NCBI GenBank assembly: GCA_964347285.1
Contig: CAYFYE010000002.1
Location: 11,075 to 75,074, forward strand
Direction: 5' to 3'
Length of the DNA: 64,000 bases
Source of the DNA: an uncultured Acidimicrobiia bacterium
GTDB lineage: Bacteria > Actinomycetota > Acidimicrobiia > Spongiisociales > JAOTWH01
This document shows positions 49,506-59,700 of the stretch, one piece after another; position 1 is the stretch's first letter, and each line of letters opens with the position of its first letter. The position numbers were made by a program, and so were the translations under genes. A model generated the notes under the pieces. The model was given only the letters and a program-made list of their open reading frames with translations, did no database searches and was not told the DNA's origin.

Positions 49506-50527
49506 CCGAAGAAGGTGCGGGCCACGTCGTAGAGGCTCTGGGGCACGCCCCGCACCTCGGCACAGGCCTCCTCGAGTGGAACGGCCGTGATGTTCGGGCC
49601 GCGCGAGGCGACCATGACGCCCGAGGCTCCGTCGGCGGCGAAATCGGCGGCCCATACTCCGAGGCGAGTGGCTAGGACTCGGTCGAACGCGGTCGGGACC
49701 CCGCCCCGTTGCACGTGCCCGAGAACGGTGACCCGGCTCTCAAAGCCGGTCAGCTTTTCCAGCTCGGGGGCGATCTGGTAGGCGACCCCGCCGAGGCGGG
49801 CGAAGCCGAAGACGTCGGTCTCCACCGCCCGCTCGTGGCCCGGGGGCGGCTCGACCCCTTCGGCAACGACGACGATCGAGTACGTCCGGCCCCGGCGGTG
49901 CCGCCTCTTGATCGTGGTGGCCACCTCGTCGAGGTCGTAGGGGATCTCCGGGACGAGAATGGCATCGGCCCCGGCTGCGATACCGGAGTGGACGGCAATC
50001 CAACCCTTGGTGCGGCCCATCACCTCCACGATCATCAGGCGGTTGTGCGCCTCGGCGGTGGTGGTGATGCGGTCGATCGCCTCGGTAGCGATCTCCACGG
50101 CGGTGGTGAAGCCGAAGGTGATGTCCGTGCCGGCGATGTCGTTGTCGATGGTCTTGGGGACTCCGACGACGGCCAGGCCCTCTTTGGCGAGGCGAAGGGC
50201 GGTGCGCAGGGTGCCGTCACCTCCGATCACGATGAGACGCTCGATGCCGTTGCGCTCGATCGTGGCCCGGATGCTCTCATAGCCTTCGCCCTGCTCGTAG
50301 GGGTCGCGACGCGATGTGCCCAGGATCGTTCCGCCCCGCTGCAGGATGCCCCGCACGTCATCGCGATCGAGTGGACGGACGTTCCCCTCCATGAGGCCGT
50401 CCCAGCCGTTCAGTACGCCGACCACCTCGGCGTCGTGGACCTCGGTGGCGCGCGATACCACCCCGCGGATGACGGCGTTCAGACCGGGGCAGTCCCCGCC
50501 GGCTGTGAGTACCCCGATGACATCCAT
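49502..50527 (-). CDS. pfkA: 6-phosphofructokinase, actinobacterial ATP-type signature (Gly104/Lys124 equivalents)
   Basis: GGDGT and PKTIDND motifs, 341 aa. Confidence 0.85.
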   Translation of the reverse strand: MDVIGVLTAGGDCPGLNAVIRGVVSRATEVHDAEVVGVLNGWDGLMEGNVRPLDRDDVRGILQRGGTILGTSRRDPYEQGEGYESIRATIERNGIERLIVIGGDGTLRTALRLAKEGLAVVGVPKTIDNDIAGTDITFGFTTAVEIATEAIDRITTTAEAHNRLMIVEVMGRTKGWIAVHSGIAAGADAILVPEIPYDLDEVATTIKRRHRRGRTYSIVVVAEGVEPPPGHERAVETDVFGFARLGGVAYQIAPELEKLTGFESRVTVLGHVQRGGVPTAFDRVLATRLGVWAADFAADGASGVMVASRGPNITAVPLEEACAEVRGVPQSLYDVARTFFG

Positions 50528-50535
50528 CGGTCGGT

Positions 50536-51684
50536 CTAATACAGGAACATGGGCTTGCCGGGGACGTGGCGCACCTTGGGCCGATACTGCCGGACGTCGT
50601 AGAGCTCTTCGACATCGACGTGCTTGGCCCCCGCGCCGGTCACGGTGATGGGCACGTTCGTGTAGATGCCGCTGCGCAGTGAGACCATCCGCCCCGCCGA
50701 GCCCTCGACGGCCAGATCGGCCGCCATGACCGCATAGTTGGAAGCCACCATCAGATCGAGCGAGTCGGGACTCCCGGACCGCATGAGGTAGGCGAGCCGC
50801 TGATTGATGACGTTGACCCCGGTCAGCTCCTTGATCATCTCCCCGCAGATGACCCCGATGCCGCCCAGCTTGCGATGCCCAAAGGCGTCTTCCTCGCCCG
50901 AAAGGACCAGGTCTCCTCCCTCGATGACGGCGCCCTCGGAGATCGTCAGCATCGCATAGTTCGACGGGTTGGCCGCCCGGTCTTCCATGAGGAGGTCGGA
51001 CAGCCGCTTGATGTCCACGGGCACTTCCGAGATCACGGCTCGATCGACTCCGGCCAGGTAGGCGGTGACCAGGGAGGTCTCGCCGCTGTACCGGCCGAAC
51101 AGCTCGACGACTGCGATGCGCTCGTGGGACCCGGCGCTGGTCCGCAGGTTGTGGATGAACTCCACGCCGCGGGTGATGGCGGTGGAGAAGCCGATGCAGT
51201 AGTCGGTGCCGTGGACGTCGTTGTCCATGGTCTTGGGGATGCCCACGATCGGCACGCCCTCCTGGTGGAGGCGGAGCGCGTACGACAGGGTGTCGTCCCC
51301 ACCGATGGGGATCAGGACGTCGAGCTTCAGTGACTCGATGACCGCCAAAACGTGGTCGGTGAAGTCGAAGGGACCCTCTCCGGTCGCCTCGTCCGCCAGG
51401 AACTCGGGGACCTCGGCGGGGCGTACGTTGCTCGGGTTGGTGCGCGAAGTGTGAAGAACGGTCCCGCCGCTGCGATCGATCGTGCGCACCACTCCTTTGT
51501 CGAGAGGGACGATGTTGGCCGCAGCACTGTCCGGGTCGTCGAGGTTGGTGCTCAGCAGCCCGTCCCAGCCCCGGCGGATGCCGATGGTCTCGTGTTCGTC
51601 GTCGGTCACGCGGTACACCGCCGCCTTGATGCAGGCATTCAGGCCGGGCACGTCACCGCCTCCGGTGAGGATCCCGATGCGCAT
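50536..51684 (-). CDS. phosphofructokinase paralog with PPi-type signature (Asp104/Lys124 equivalents)
   Basis: ATG 51684 (aa 40 of ORF); GGDDT and PKTMDND motifs, 382 aa. Confidence 0.8.
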   Translation of the reverse strand: MRIGILTGGGDVPGLNACIKAAVYRVTDDEHETIGIRRGWDGLLSTNLDDPDSAAANIVPLDKGVVRTIDRSGGTVLHTSRTNPSNVRPAEVPEFLADEATGEGPFDFTDHVLAVIESLKLDVLIPIGGDDTLSYALRLHQEGVPIVGIPKTMDNDVHGTDYCIGFSTAITRGVEFIHNLRTSAGSHERIAVVELFGRYSGETSLVTAYLAGVDRAVISEVPVDIKRLSDLLMEDRAANPSNYAMLTISEGAVIEGGDLVLSGEEDAFGHRKLGGIGVICGEMIKELTGVNVINQRLAYLMRSGSPDSLDLMVASNYAVMAADLAVEGSAGRMVSLRSGIYTNVPITVTGAGAKHVDVEELYDVRQYRPKVRHVPGKPMFLY

Positions 51685-52604
51685 TAGCCGGCCGCCTCTT
51701 CGTATACGGCGTGGAAGCGGCGGTAGGCCTCGCCGATCTTGGCGGCCGCCGCCTCGCGTCCCAGGTCGCCCTTGACGAACTCGTCTATTCCCGGGCCCCA
51801 AATCGTCCTTCCTATGGCGAACCCGATATAGCCGTCGACCCCGGCTCCCATCTTCAGCCAGTGCTCGACGGCCCCATCATCGGCTCCCCGGCCGAGCACG
51901 ACCGCCTTGACATCGTCCCGGCCCCCACCTCGGATCAGCCCGGCCAGGAGTTCGCAGCTGCGGCTGCGGTCGAGGCCCTCGATCTTCCAGATGTCGGGTT
52001 CGATGCCGGCCGTCTGGATCTCGCTGATCGACTCCAGGGTGAGGGCGGGACGGAGCTCGGTGTCGTAGGCGGCGGCATCGCCTCCCACCAGCTCGAGCTG
52101 GCGGTCGCTGGCGGGCACCAACAGCTCGAAGAGGAACTTGCGGTCGTGCTGATGAAGCCAATCCGACAGGCGCTTGAGCCGTTCCGACTGGGCCGACTTG
52201 TCGGCAGGGTCGTCGTCCGGATTCCATCGCACCAGCACTTTGGCAAACGAGGGGTCGTACTTCTCGATGTGAGCCGCGAAGTCCTCTCCGAACTCGAAGT
52301 CGAAGACGTCTTGGCCCGACTTCTCCACGGGCATGGCCAGCGTGATGTCCAGCTCCTTGGCCCGGAAGGCGACGTCGGCTCCCATCTCTTCGTCGACCAG
52401 GATGCCGGCACCGGGAAGGGAGCCGTTTCCGGCTGCCGTCAGGAAACCCTCGAAGACGAGCATCTTGGCGTCGCGCAACCTCTCCTGATCCTCGGCTGAT
52501 GGTGTTCCTTCGATGCCGAAGCGCTTGCGAAAACTGCCCCGATGGTCGAACGCGAGGATGAAGAGCTTGCCCTGGTACCCGAGTTGCATGTCCCACTCCT
52601 TCAT
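51684..52604 (-). CDS. class I aldolase-fold protein (LacD/DUF2090-like)
   Basis: N-terminal [14 protein letters not shown] resembles LacD ISALAFDQRGAL region; TIM-barrel-like composition; 4-nt overlap (ATGA) with downstream PFK paralog. Confidence 0.5.
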   Translation of the reverse strand: MKEWDMQLGYQGKLFILAFDHRGSFRKRFGIEGTPSAEDQERLRDAKMLVFEGFLTAAGNGSLPGAGILVDEEMGADVAFRAKELDITLAMPVEKSGQDVFDFEFGEDFAAHIEKYDPSFAKVLVRWNPDDDPADKSAQSERLKRLSDWLHQHDRKFLFELLVPASDRQLELVGGDAAAYDTELRPALTLESISEIQTAGIEPDIWKIEGLDRSRSCELLAGLIRGGGRDDVKAVVLGRGADDGAVEHWLKMGAGVDGYIGFAIGRTIWGPGIDEFVKGDLGREAAAAKIGEAYRRFHAVYEEAAG

Positions 52605-52745
52605 CGAGTGCGGCGCCGAGGATACCGCCGTCGAGAGCGGCGACTGGGACCGGGCCCCTCAGATGATGGAGCCTCGACCCGAGGAGGGGGTGGGGGCCTG
52701 GTAGCCTCGAATTGCCCGACCGGGCACGGATGACTGTGGGGAACG

Positions 52746-52883
52746 GTGGAAGGCGAGGCCGAGCCGACCGAGGCCAGTGAGGAGGAGCATCCCAAGGGCA
52801 CGCTGGTGCTGCTCGTCGGCTTCATTCTCCTCATCGTCGTGCTCTGGCTGTGGACGTACGCCACCTTGCTGGTGCGGGCTTAG
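52746..52883 (+). CDS. cbaD: cytochrome ba3 oxidase subunit IIa (CbaD-like) small single-TM protein; not in supplied ORF track (sub-threshold length, most likely)
   Basis: Frame opened after TGA 52731-33; EEEHPKGTLVLLVGFILLIVVLWLWTYATLLVRA closely parallels Thermus CbaD MEEKPKGALAVILVLTLTILVFWLGVYAVFFARG (from memory); stop TAG 52881-83 is 2 nt before subunit II ATG; start codon uncertain (GTG 52746 or downstream). Confidence 0.55.
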   Translation: MEGEAEPTEASEEEHPKGTLVLLVGFILLIVVLWLWTYATLLVRA

Positions 52884-52885
52884 AC

Positions 52886-53359
52886 ATGGCCCTCAAGGTG
52901 GAGAGATACGAGCGGATCTTCCTCTACCTCACCGTGGTCGTGCTCGTCGCCGGCATCGTTGCGATCGTCCTCAGCGTCGCCGAGGCCAACATCCACCTCC
53001 CCTCGACCGAAGACCGGATCGATCCGCGCCGGGTCGAGGAGACGCCGCCATTCGACGACCCCGGCGTCTTCCAGGCCGGGCCCGACGAGTTTCAGGCGGT
53101 CGTCATCGCTCGGGCCTGGTCATTCGAACCGGCTGAAGTGCGGGTCCCGGCCGGGGCGGAGGTGGAATTCGTCATCACCTCGGCCGACGTCCTGCACGGG
53201 TTTCTGATCCTGGACACCTCGGTCAATGCGATGGTGATCCCCGGCCAGGTGACCAGGGTGACTACGACGTTCGACGAAGCCGGTGAGTACGAGATCGTGT
53301 GCCACGAGTACTGCGGGATCGGCCATCAAGGTATGTTCGGAAAGGTGGTGGCGGAATGA
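52886..53359 (+). CDS. cbaB: cytochrome ba3-type oxidase subunit II (CuA)
   Basis: Single TM then cupredoxin domain; CuA ligands H...CHEYCGIGHQGM; about 157 aa like Thermus CbaB. Confidence 0.85.
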   Translation: MALKVERYERIFLYLTVVVLVAGIVAIVLSVAEANIHLPSTEDRIDPRRVEETPPFDDPGVFQAGPDEFQAVVIARAWSFEPAEVRVPAGAEVEFVITSADVLHGFLILDTSVNAMVIPGQVTRVTTTFDEAGEYEIVCHEYCGIGHQGMFGKVVAE

Positions 53360-55020
53360 CGTCGGCCGCCCCGGCGGCATCGTCTGTCCTGGACACGCTC
53401 GACGTCGACCAGCGGAAGTGGATTCGCCGGCAGCTCTACCTCGCCTTCGCCGGACTGGCGGTGGGCGTGCTGATGGGGCTGCTCCAGGTGCTGGAACGTC
53501 TCAACATAGACCTGTACGACGAGGTCCAGCTACAGAGCTACTACCAGGGCCTCACCATGCACGGCGTGGCGACGGCCATCGTGTTCACGTTTACGTTCTC
53601 CAATGCGTTCCTGGCGCTCGCCACGGCTCGGGGACTGGGCCGGCCCCTCGCCTCCACCAACCTCGTCATCGGTTCGTTCGTCACGGCGGCCCTGGGCCTG
53701 GTGCTGGCACTGGCGGCGATGGTGACCAACTCGGCCACCGTCCTCTACACGTTCTACGCCCCCTTGGAAGCCAGTTCGCTGTTCTATCTGGGGGCGGTGC
53801 TGTTGGTGGTGTCGACGTGGCTGGTCTCGGTCAATCAGCTGCTCACCCTCCGGGCCTGGCGGCGCCAGCATCCCGGTGAGCGAATCCCGCTCCTGGCTTT
53901 CACGTCGATCGTCACCTATTTGATGTGGGATCTGGCTTCGGTGGGAATCGCCGTCGAGGTGGTGGTCTTCCTGTTGCCGTGGGCCCTGGGCTGGGTGGCG
54001 GGCACCGATCCCTTGCTGACCAGGACCCTGTTCTGGTTCACCGGCCATCCGATCGTCTACTTCTGGCTGCTGCCCGCCTACGTGAGCTGGTACATGATGG
54101 TGCCCCGGCGGGCCGGAGGGAAGCTGTACAGCGACGCCATCGTGAGAGCGGTCTTCATCATGTTCCTCTTGCTCTCCACGCCGGTCGGCCTGCACCACCA
54201 GTTCACCGACCCGGGCGTGGACAGCGGCTTGAAGTTCGTGCACGCCATCCTCACCTTCGCCGTCTTTTTCCCGTCCATGGTCACCGCCTTCACCCTCCTC
54301 GCCGCATTCGAGAACGGGGGCCGGGCCCGGGGGGGCAAGGGATTGTTCGGCTGGATCCGCAAGCTTCCTTGGCGGGAGCCCTTCGTCGCCCCACAGCTGC
54401 TGGCCATGCTGGCCTTCACGGTGGGAGGGGCTACCGGGCTCATCAACGCCAGCTTTACCGTCAATCTCGTGGTCCACAACACCGCGTACATACCGGGCCA
54501 CCTCCATCTGACCGTCGGCACGGCGGTGGCCCTGTCGTTCATGGGCATCTCCTACTGGCTGGTGCCTCACCTCACCGGTCGGCGGCTGTTCTCCGATGGG
54601 ATGGCCGTTCTCCAGGCCTGGCTCTATTTCGCGGGGGTGCTGTTGATGTCCCGGGGTCTGATGGGTGCCGGCCTCGAAGGGCAGCCCCGGCGGGTGCCCG
54701 CCAACTCCATTCCCTACCGCCAGGAGGGCTGGTCGACGTTCGATGCGCTCACCGGCCTCGGGGGCGTGCTCATGGTGATCAGCGCCGCCCTGTTCTTCTG
54801 GAACATCATCGCTACGGTGCGCAACCGGGAGCCGGCCCAGGGTGAGGAGCTCACGTTCTCCCTCAGCGAGACCATTCACGGTGCCGACGTGGCTCCTCCA
54901 GCGTTGGATCGCCTCGGCGTGTGGGTCCTGGCGGCGGTCGCCCTGGTGCTCGTTGCCTATCTGCCGGCGCTGGTCACCCAAGGCATCGATCTGAGCTCGC
55001 CCGGCTTCTCCCTGTTCTGA
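53356..55020 (+). CDS. cbaA: cytochrome ba3-type (B-family) oxidase subunit I
   Basis: ATGA overlap with cbaB; 554 aa 13-TM; heme/CuB His motifs (WFTGHP, HHQF, HNTAYIPGHLHL). Confidence 0.9.
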   Translation: MTSAAPAASSVLDTLDVDQRKWIRRQLYLAFAGLAVGVLMGLLQVLERLNIDLYDEVQLQSYYQGLTMHGVATAIVFTFTFSNAFLALATARGLGRPLASTNLVIGSFVTAALGLVLALAAMVTNSATVLYTFYAPLEASSLFYLGAVLLVVSTWLVSVNQLLTLRAWRRQHPGERIPLLAFTSIVTYLMWDLASVGIAVEVVVFLLPWALGWVAGTDPLLTRTLFWFTGHPIVYFWLLPAYVSWYMMVPRRAGGKLYSDAIVRAVFIMFLLLSTPVGLHHQFTDPGVDSGLKFVHAILTFAVFFPSMVTAFTLLAAFENGGRARGGKGLFGWIRKLPWREPFVAPQLLAMLAFTVGGATGLINASFTVNLVVHNTAYIPGHLHLTVGTAVALSFMGISYWLVPHLTGRRLFSDGMAVLQAWLYFAGVLLMSRGLMGAGLEGQPRRVPANSIPYRQEGWSTFDALTGLGGVLMVISAALFFWNIIATVRNREPAQGEELTFSLSETIHGADVAPPALDRLGVWVLAAVALVLVAYLPALVTQGIDLSSPGFSLF

Positions 55021-55802
55021 TGAAAAGGGGAACAACTGCGCTGGTGTTGGCCCTCGTGGCGGTGCTCTCTGGGGCCTCGCCCGCCGCCGGTCAGGACGGG
55101 GAGGAGGTCTACCGGACGAACTGTGCCGGCTGTCACGGCCCCGATGGAGAGGGAGCGGAGGGAGTGTTCCCGCCCTTGGCCGGCAATGAGCGTATCCAGG
55201 ATTCCTCCTATGTGGGCCGGGTGCTGGCAGAGGGCCTGGCCGGCGAGCTCGAGGTAGATGGCGTCACCTACGACGGACAGATGCCGGCGTTCCCCACCCT
55301 GGGCCCGGCCGAGGTCGATGCGGTCATCGCCTACATCCAGGGTTTCGAAGCGGCGGTACCGGCCACCACCGCCGCTCAGGCCATCGTCGTCGATGGCGTC
55401 GGGGACGCTGCCCGGGGCCGAAATTTGTTCGAGGGCCGGGACGGATTGGTCAACGGGGGACCGGCGTGCGTCGCCTGTCATACCGCCGGCGACGTCGGCA
55501 ACCCGGCCGGGGGAGGCTTTGGGGGAGACCTCACCGACGCCTTCGAGCGTCTCGGCAGCGACGCGCTGGCGGCCGCAATCGTCCAGCCGGCGGGGGGCTC
55601 GATGGAGACGCTGTACGGGCCCGACCCGGCGACGCCCCAGGAGGTGGCCGACCTGGTGGCCTTCCTCGGAGGAGCAGCCACCCAGGGGCGAGGGCTCGAC
55701 GCAATCGTGCTGATCGGATTGATCGGACTCGGGGTCGCCCTTGCTGCCACCGCCTTCGCGCTGAAACCGCCACGGACTGAATCGGTGGGAGCAGAGCGAT
55801 GA
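55020..55802 (+). CDS. membrane-anchored diheme cytochrome c
   Basis: Signal peptide; two CxxCH (CAGCHG, CVACHT); C-terminal TM IVLIGLIGLGVALAATAFAL; start overlaps cbaA stop (TGATG). Confidence 0.8.
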   Translation: MKRGTTALVLALVAVLSGASPAAGQDGEEVYRTNCAGCHGPDGEGAEGVFPPLAGNERIQDSSYVGRVLAEGLAGELEVDGVTYDGQMPAFPTLGPAEVDAVIAYIQGFEAAVPATTAAQAIVVDGVGDAARGRNLFEGRDGLVNGGPACVACHTAGDVGNPAGGGFGGDLTDAFERLGSDALAAAIVQPAGGSMETLYGPDPATPQEVADLVAFLGGAATQGRGLDAIVLIGLIGLGVALAATAFALKPPRTESVGAER

Positions 55803-56692
55803 CCGGCGACGAGCTCCTCTACGGGGCCCTGCCCGGCGCGGCGATGATCGTCGCCTTGGTCACCTTGTTGTGGCGGCTGTTCGTCTCGGAGCAACCGCTG
55901 ACGGAGCGAATCCCGCCCGGCGACGACCGGGCGGCGCGGTGGGGATGGTTCTCGGTGCGATGGGGGCTGGGGCTGGCGCTGGCCACCCATCTGGTGGCGC
56001 TGGTGGTTCCCCGGAGCATCGCCGGGTGGAATGCCGTCGAGGCCCGCTTGTATCTCCTCGAAGGCACCGGCCTGGCCATAGGACTGTGGGCCGCAGTGGG
56101 CATCGTCATCCTCGGGGTGCGCTTCGTTCGGGGCCGGGCATCGAAACCGTCCTGGGCCGACTCAGTCGTGGTGGGCCTGGTGGTCGTCGTCGTGTTTTCC
56201 GGGATCGTCATCGCCGTCTTCCACCGCTTCGGATCGTTCTGGGGGGTCGAGGTGATGGTGCCCTACCTCTTTTCGCTGGCAGGTGGCGAACCCCGCCCCG
56301 AGCTGGTCGCCGACCTGCCGGTGGCGGCGAGGATCCACCTACTGGCCGGCTTCGCCCTGGTGGCGGTGTTCCCGTTGTCGCGGTGGCTGGCCGTGCCCGC
56401 TTCCTACGTGGTCGGGGCGTGGCAGATGCTGGCCGGGCCGATCCCGGCCGAAATCCCCCCCGAGGGTCGACGGGGAGGCGATCGTCTCGGCTGGGCGGCG
56501 GCCTGGGTGCGGGGGATCGCCATCGTGGCCTACTTCATCGTGGCCACGGTGTGGCTGCCCTCGTTGGTGTTCGATCGCATGGCCGACGCTCCCCAGTGGG
56601 CCCGCGATGTTGCCGGGTCAGGAGTGTGGCTGGTGGCGGTCGCGATCGGGGTGGCCCTGCTGAGGCGGTTGCAGCAGGCCGCCGAGATCTGA
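55799..56692 (+). CDS. hypothetical polytopic membrane protein (possible heme-b or oxidase-assembly subunit)
   Basis: ATGA overlap with cytochrome c gene; 6-7 TM, conserved His in helices (HLVALVVP, RIHLLAGF). Confidence 0.5.
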   Translation: MTGDELLYGALPGAAMIVALVTLLWRLFVSEQPLTERIPPGDDRAARWGWFSVRWGLGLALATHLVALVVPRSIAGWNAVEARLYLLEGTGLAIGLWAAVGIVILGVRFVRGRASKPSWADSVVVGLVVVVVFSGIVIAVFHRFGSFWGVEVMVPYLFSLAGGEPRPELVADLPVAARIHLLAGFALVAVFPLSRWLAVPASYVVGAWQMLAGPIPAEIPPEGRRGGDRLGWAAAWVRGIAIVAYFIVATVWLPSLVFDRMADAPQWARDVAGSGVWLVAVAIGVALLRRLQQAAEI

Positions 56693-56735
56693 CCGGCTCC
56701 GCCGGCGGTGCTACCGTTGCTTACACTCGTGTAAC

Positions 56736-59700
56736 TTGACCGTACGGAGGACCGTGGCCGACACCTTCGCCCACCTGCACCTGCATACCGAGTTCTCGAT
56801 GCTCGACGGAGCGGCCCGGGTCCGGGATGTCGTGGCCGCCGCCGCGGCCGATGGTCAGCCGGCGGTGGCCATCACCGATCACGGCGTCCTCTACGGAGCC
56901 GTCGACTTCTATCAGGCGGCAGTAGCCGCGGGGGTGAAGCCGATCATCGGCATCGAGGCCTATGTGACTCCCGGATCGCGCTACGACCGTCCGCCTCGGC
57001 GCGACGACATCCGCTATCACGTGACGTTGCTGGCCGAGAACGACGCCGGCTACCGCAACCTCATCGCCCTCGCCTCCCGCGGCTATCTCGACGGCTTCTA
57101 CTACAAGCCCCGCATCGACCTCGAGCTGCTCGCCGAGCATGCCGAGGGCCTCATCGGCACGTCGGGCTGCTTGGGAGGGCCGGTGGCCCAGCACCTGGCT
57201 CCGGACGCCTCCCGCGAGGAGGGCAACGTCGGGGGCGAACCCGACTACCGGGCCGCCCTCGAGGCGGCGGCGACCTACCAGGACATCCTCGGCAAGGACT
57301 CCTTCTTCATAGAGATCCAGGATCACGGTCTCGAGCCGCAGCGGCGCATCATGGGCGACCTCCTCTCTATCTCTGCCGAGATCGGCGCCCCCCTGCTGGC
57401 AACCAACGACTGCCACTACACCCAGGCCGACGAGGCCGAGGCCCACGACGTGTTGTTGTGCATTCAGACCGGAACGACGATGGACGACCAGGACCGTTTC
57501 CGGTTCGACGCCCAGGAGTTCTACCTGAAGAGCGCCGCCCAGATGAGGGCTCTCTTCCCCGACGACCAGTACCCGGGCGCCTGCGACAACACGCTCCTCG
57601 TGGCGGAGCGAGCCCAGGTGGAGCTGGAGTTCGGGCAGATCTTGCTTCCCCATTTTCCCGTGCCGGAGGGAGAGACCGAGGCCAGTTACCTGCGCCGCCT
57701 CGTCTACGAGGGGGCCGAGGCCCGCTACGGGGATCCGGCTCCGGAGGCGGTCGTCGAGCGCATCGAGCACGAGCTGGCGGTCATCGAGGAGATGGGCTTC
57801 CCGGCCTACTTCCTGGTGGTGTGGGATCTCATCCGCTACGCCAGGAGCCGCAACATCCGGACCGGACCGGGGCGGGGCAGTGCTCCGGGAGCGATCGTCT
57901 CCTACTGCCTGGGCATCACCGGCCTCGATCCGCTCCAGTACGGGCTCATCTTCGAGCGCTTCCTCAATCCGGGCCGAAGACAGATGCCCGACATCGACAT
58001 GGACTTCGACGAGCGCTATCGGGGCGAGATGATCCGGTACTGCGCCGAGCGCTACGGCACCGATCACGTCGCCCAGATCGTGACCTTCTCGACGATCAAG
58101 GGGCGCCAGTCGGTGCGCGACGCGGCCCGGGTGCTCGGCTATCCCTACGGGCTGGGCGATCGAATCGCCAAGCTGATGCCGCCCCCGATTCTGGGCATAG
58201 AGGCGTCACTGACCCAATGCCTGGAGGCCCCCGGCGCCGACGCCGAACCGGCCGTCAAAGACTTCTACTCCAACGCCGCCGGGCTACGGGAGCTCTACGC
58301 CACCGATCCCGATGCGGCGCGGGTCATCGACACGGCGCGGGGGCTCGAAGGCCTGCGGCGCCAGGACTCCATCCATGCGGCAGCCGTGGTCATCTCCCCC
58401 AAGCCCCTCATCGAGATCGTTCCCGTGCAGCGCAAGGGCGACGGCGGTGAGGTCGTCACCCAGTACGAGATGCACGCCATCGAGGATCTCGGCCTCCTCA
58501 AGATGGACTTCCTGGGATTGCGCAACCTGTCGACGATCGAGAGGGCGCTAGAGCTCATCGCGGCCAATCGAGGGCAACAGGTGGACATCGACGCCGTCGA
58601 CCTCGACGACGAGGCCGTGTACGAAATGCTGCAGCACGGCGACTCGATGGGAGTGTTCCAGCTGGAGGGTCCGGCGATGCGCTCCCTGATGCGCAACCTG
58701 CGCCCCGACCGGTTCACGGACCTGGTCGCTCTGGTGGCCCTGTATCGGCCCGGGCCTCTGGGCGCCGGCATGCATACCGAGTACGCCGACCGCAAGAACG
58801 GCCGCACCGAGGTCGACTACCTCCACCCCGACCTCGAGGAGATCCTTGCCGACACCTACGGGATCATGGTGTTCCAGGAGCAGGTCATGCAGGTGGCCCA
58901 GAAGATGGCCGGCTTCTCGATGGCGGAGGCCGACGATCTCCGCAAGGCCATGGGCAAGAAGATTCCTGAAGTCATGGCTGCTCAGGAGGACAAGTTCGTT
59001 CGCGGCTGTGCCGCTCGGGGGTACGCAGAGCAATTGGGCCGCGAGCTCTTCGGGTTCATCGAGCACTTCGCCGGCTACGGTTTCAACAAGCCCCATTCGG
59101 CCGCGTACGCGCTCGTCGCCTACCAGACCGCGTGGCTCAAGGCCCATTACCCCGCCGAGTACATGGCGGCGCTGCTCACGGCGGTCAAGCGCGACAAGGA
59201 CCGCACCGCCCTCTATCTGAACGAATGTCGGACCATGGGGGTGAGGGTCCTGGCGCCCGACGTCAACCGCTCCGAGACGGATTTCACGGCCGACGACGAG
59301 GCCATCACCTTCGGCCTGAGCGCCATCCGCAACGTGGGGGAGGGCGTCGTCGAGCTGATTCTCCAGGAGCGCAGCAAGAATGGCCCCTTTGCCGACTTCG
59401 GGGATTTCGTCAATCGGGTCGACGTTGCCGTCCTCAACCGGCGGACGATCGAGTCCCTGATCAAAGCCGGGGCGTTCGACGGCCTGGGCCATACCCGTCG
59501 CGGCCTCACCGAGACGTTCGAGGCGATGCTCGATGCAGTCCTGGCCCGCCGGCGAGCCGAAGAGATGGGCCAGTATTCGCTCTTCGGTGAGGACGAGGCC
59601 GCCGTGCAGAACGGTGTCGTCGAGATCCCCGAGATCTCCTGGGACCGCAAGATCCGACTCGGCTTCGAGAAGGAGATGCTGGGCCTTTATGTGAGCGACC

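Noticed and set aside
52777-53136. ORF 52777..53136 (119 aa, Cys/Ser/Arg-rich) upstream of cbaB
   Set aside because: Wrong frame: the Thermus CbaD-like peptide is encoded in the frame ending at TAG 52881-52883; the listed ORF is an out-of-frame artefact overlapping cbaB
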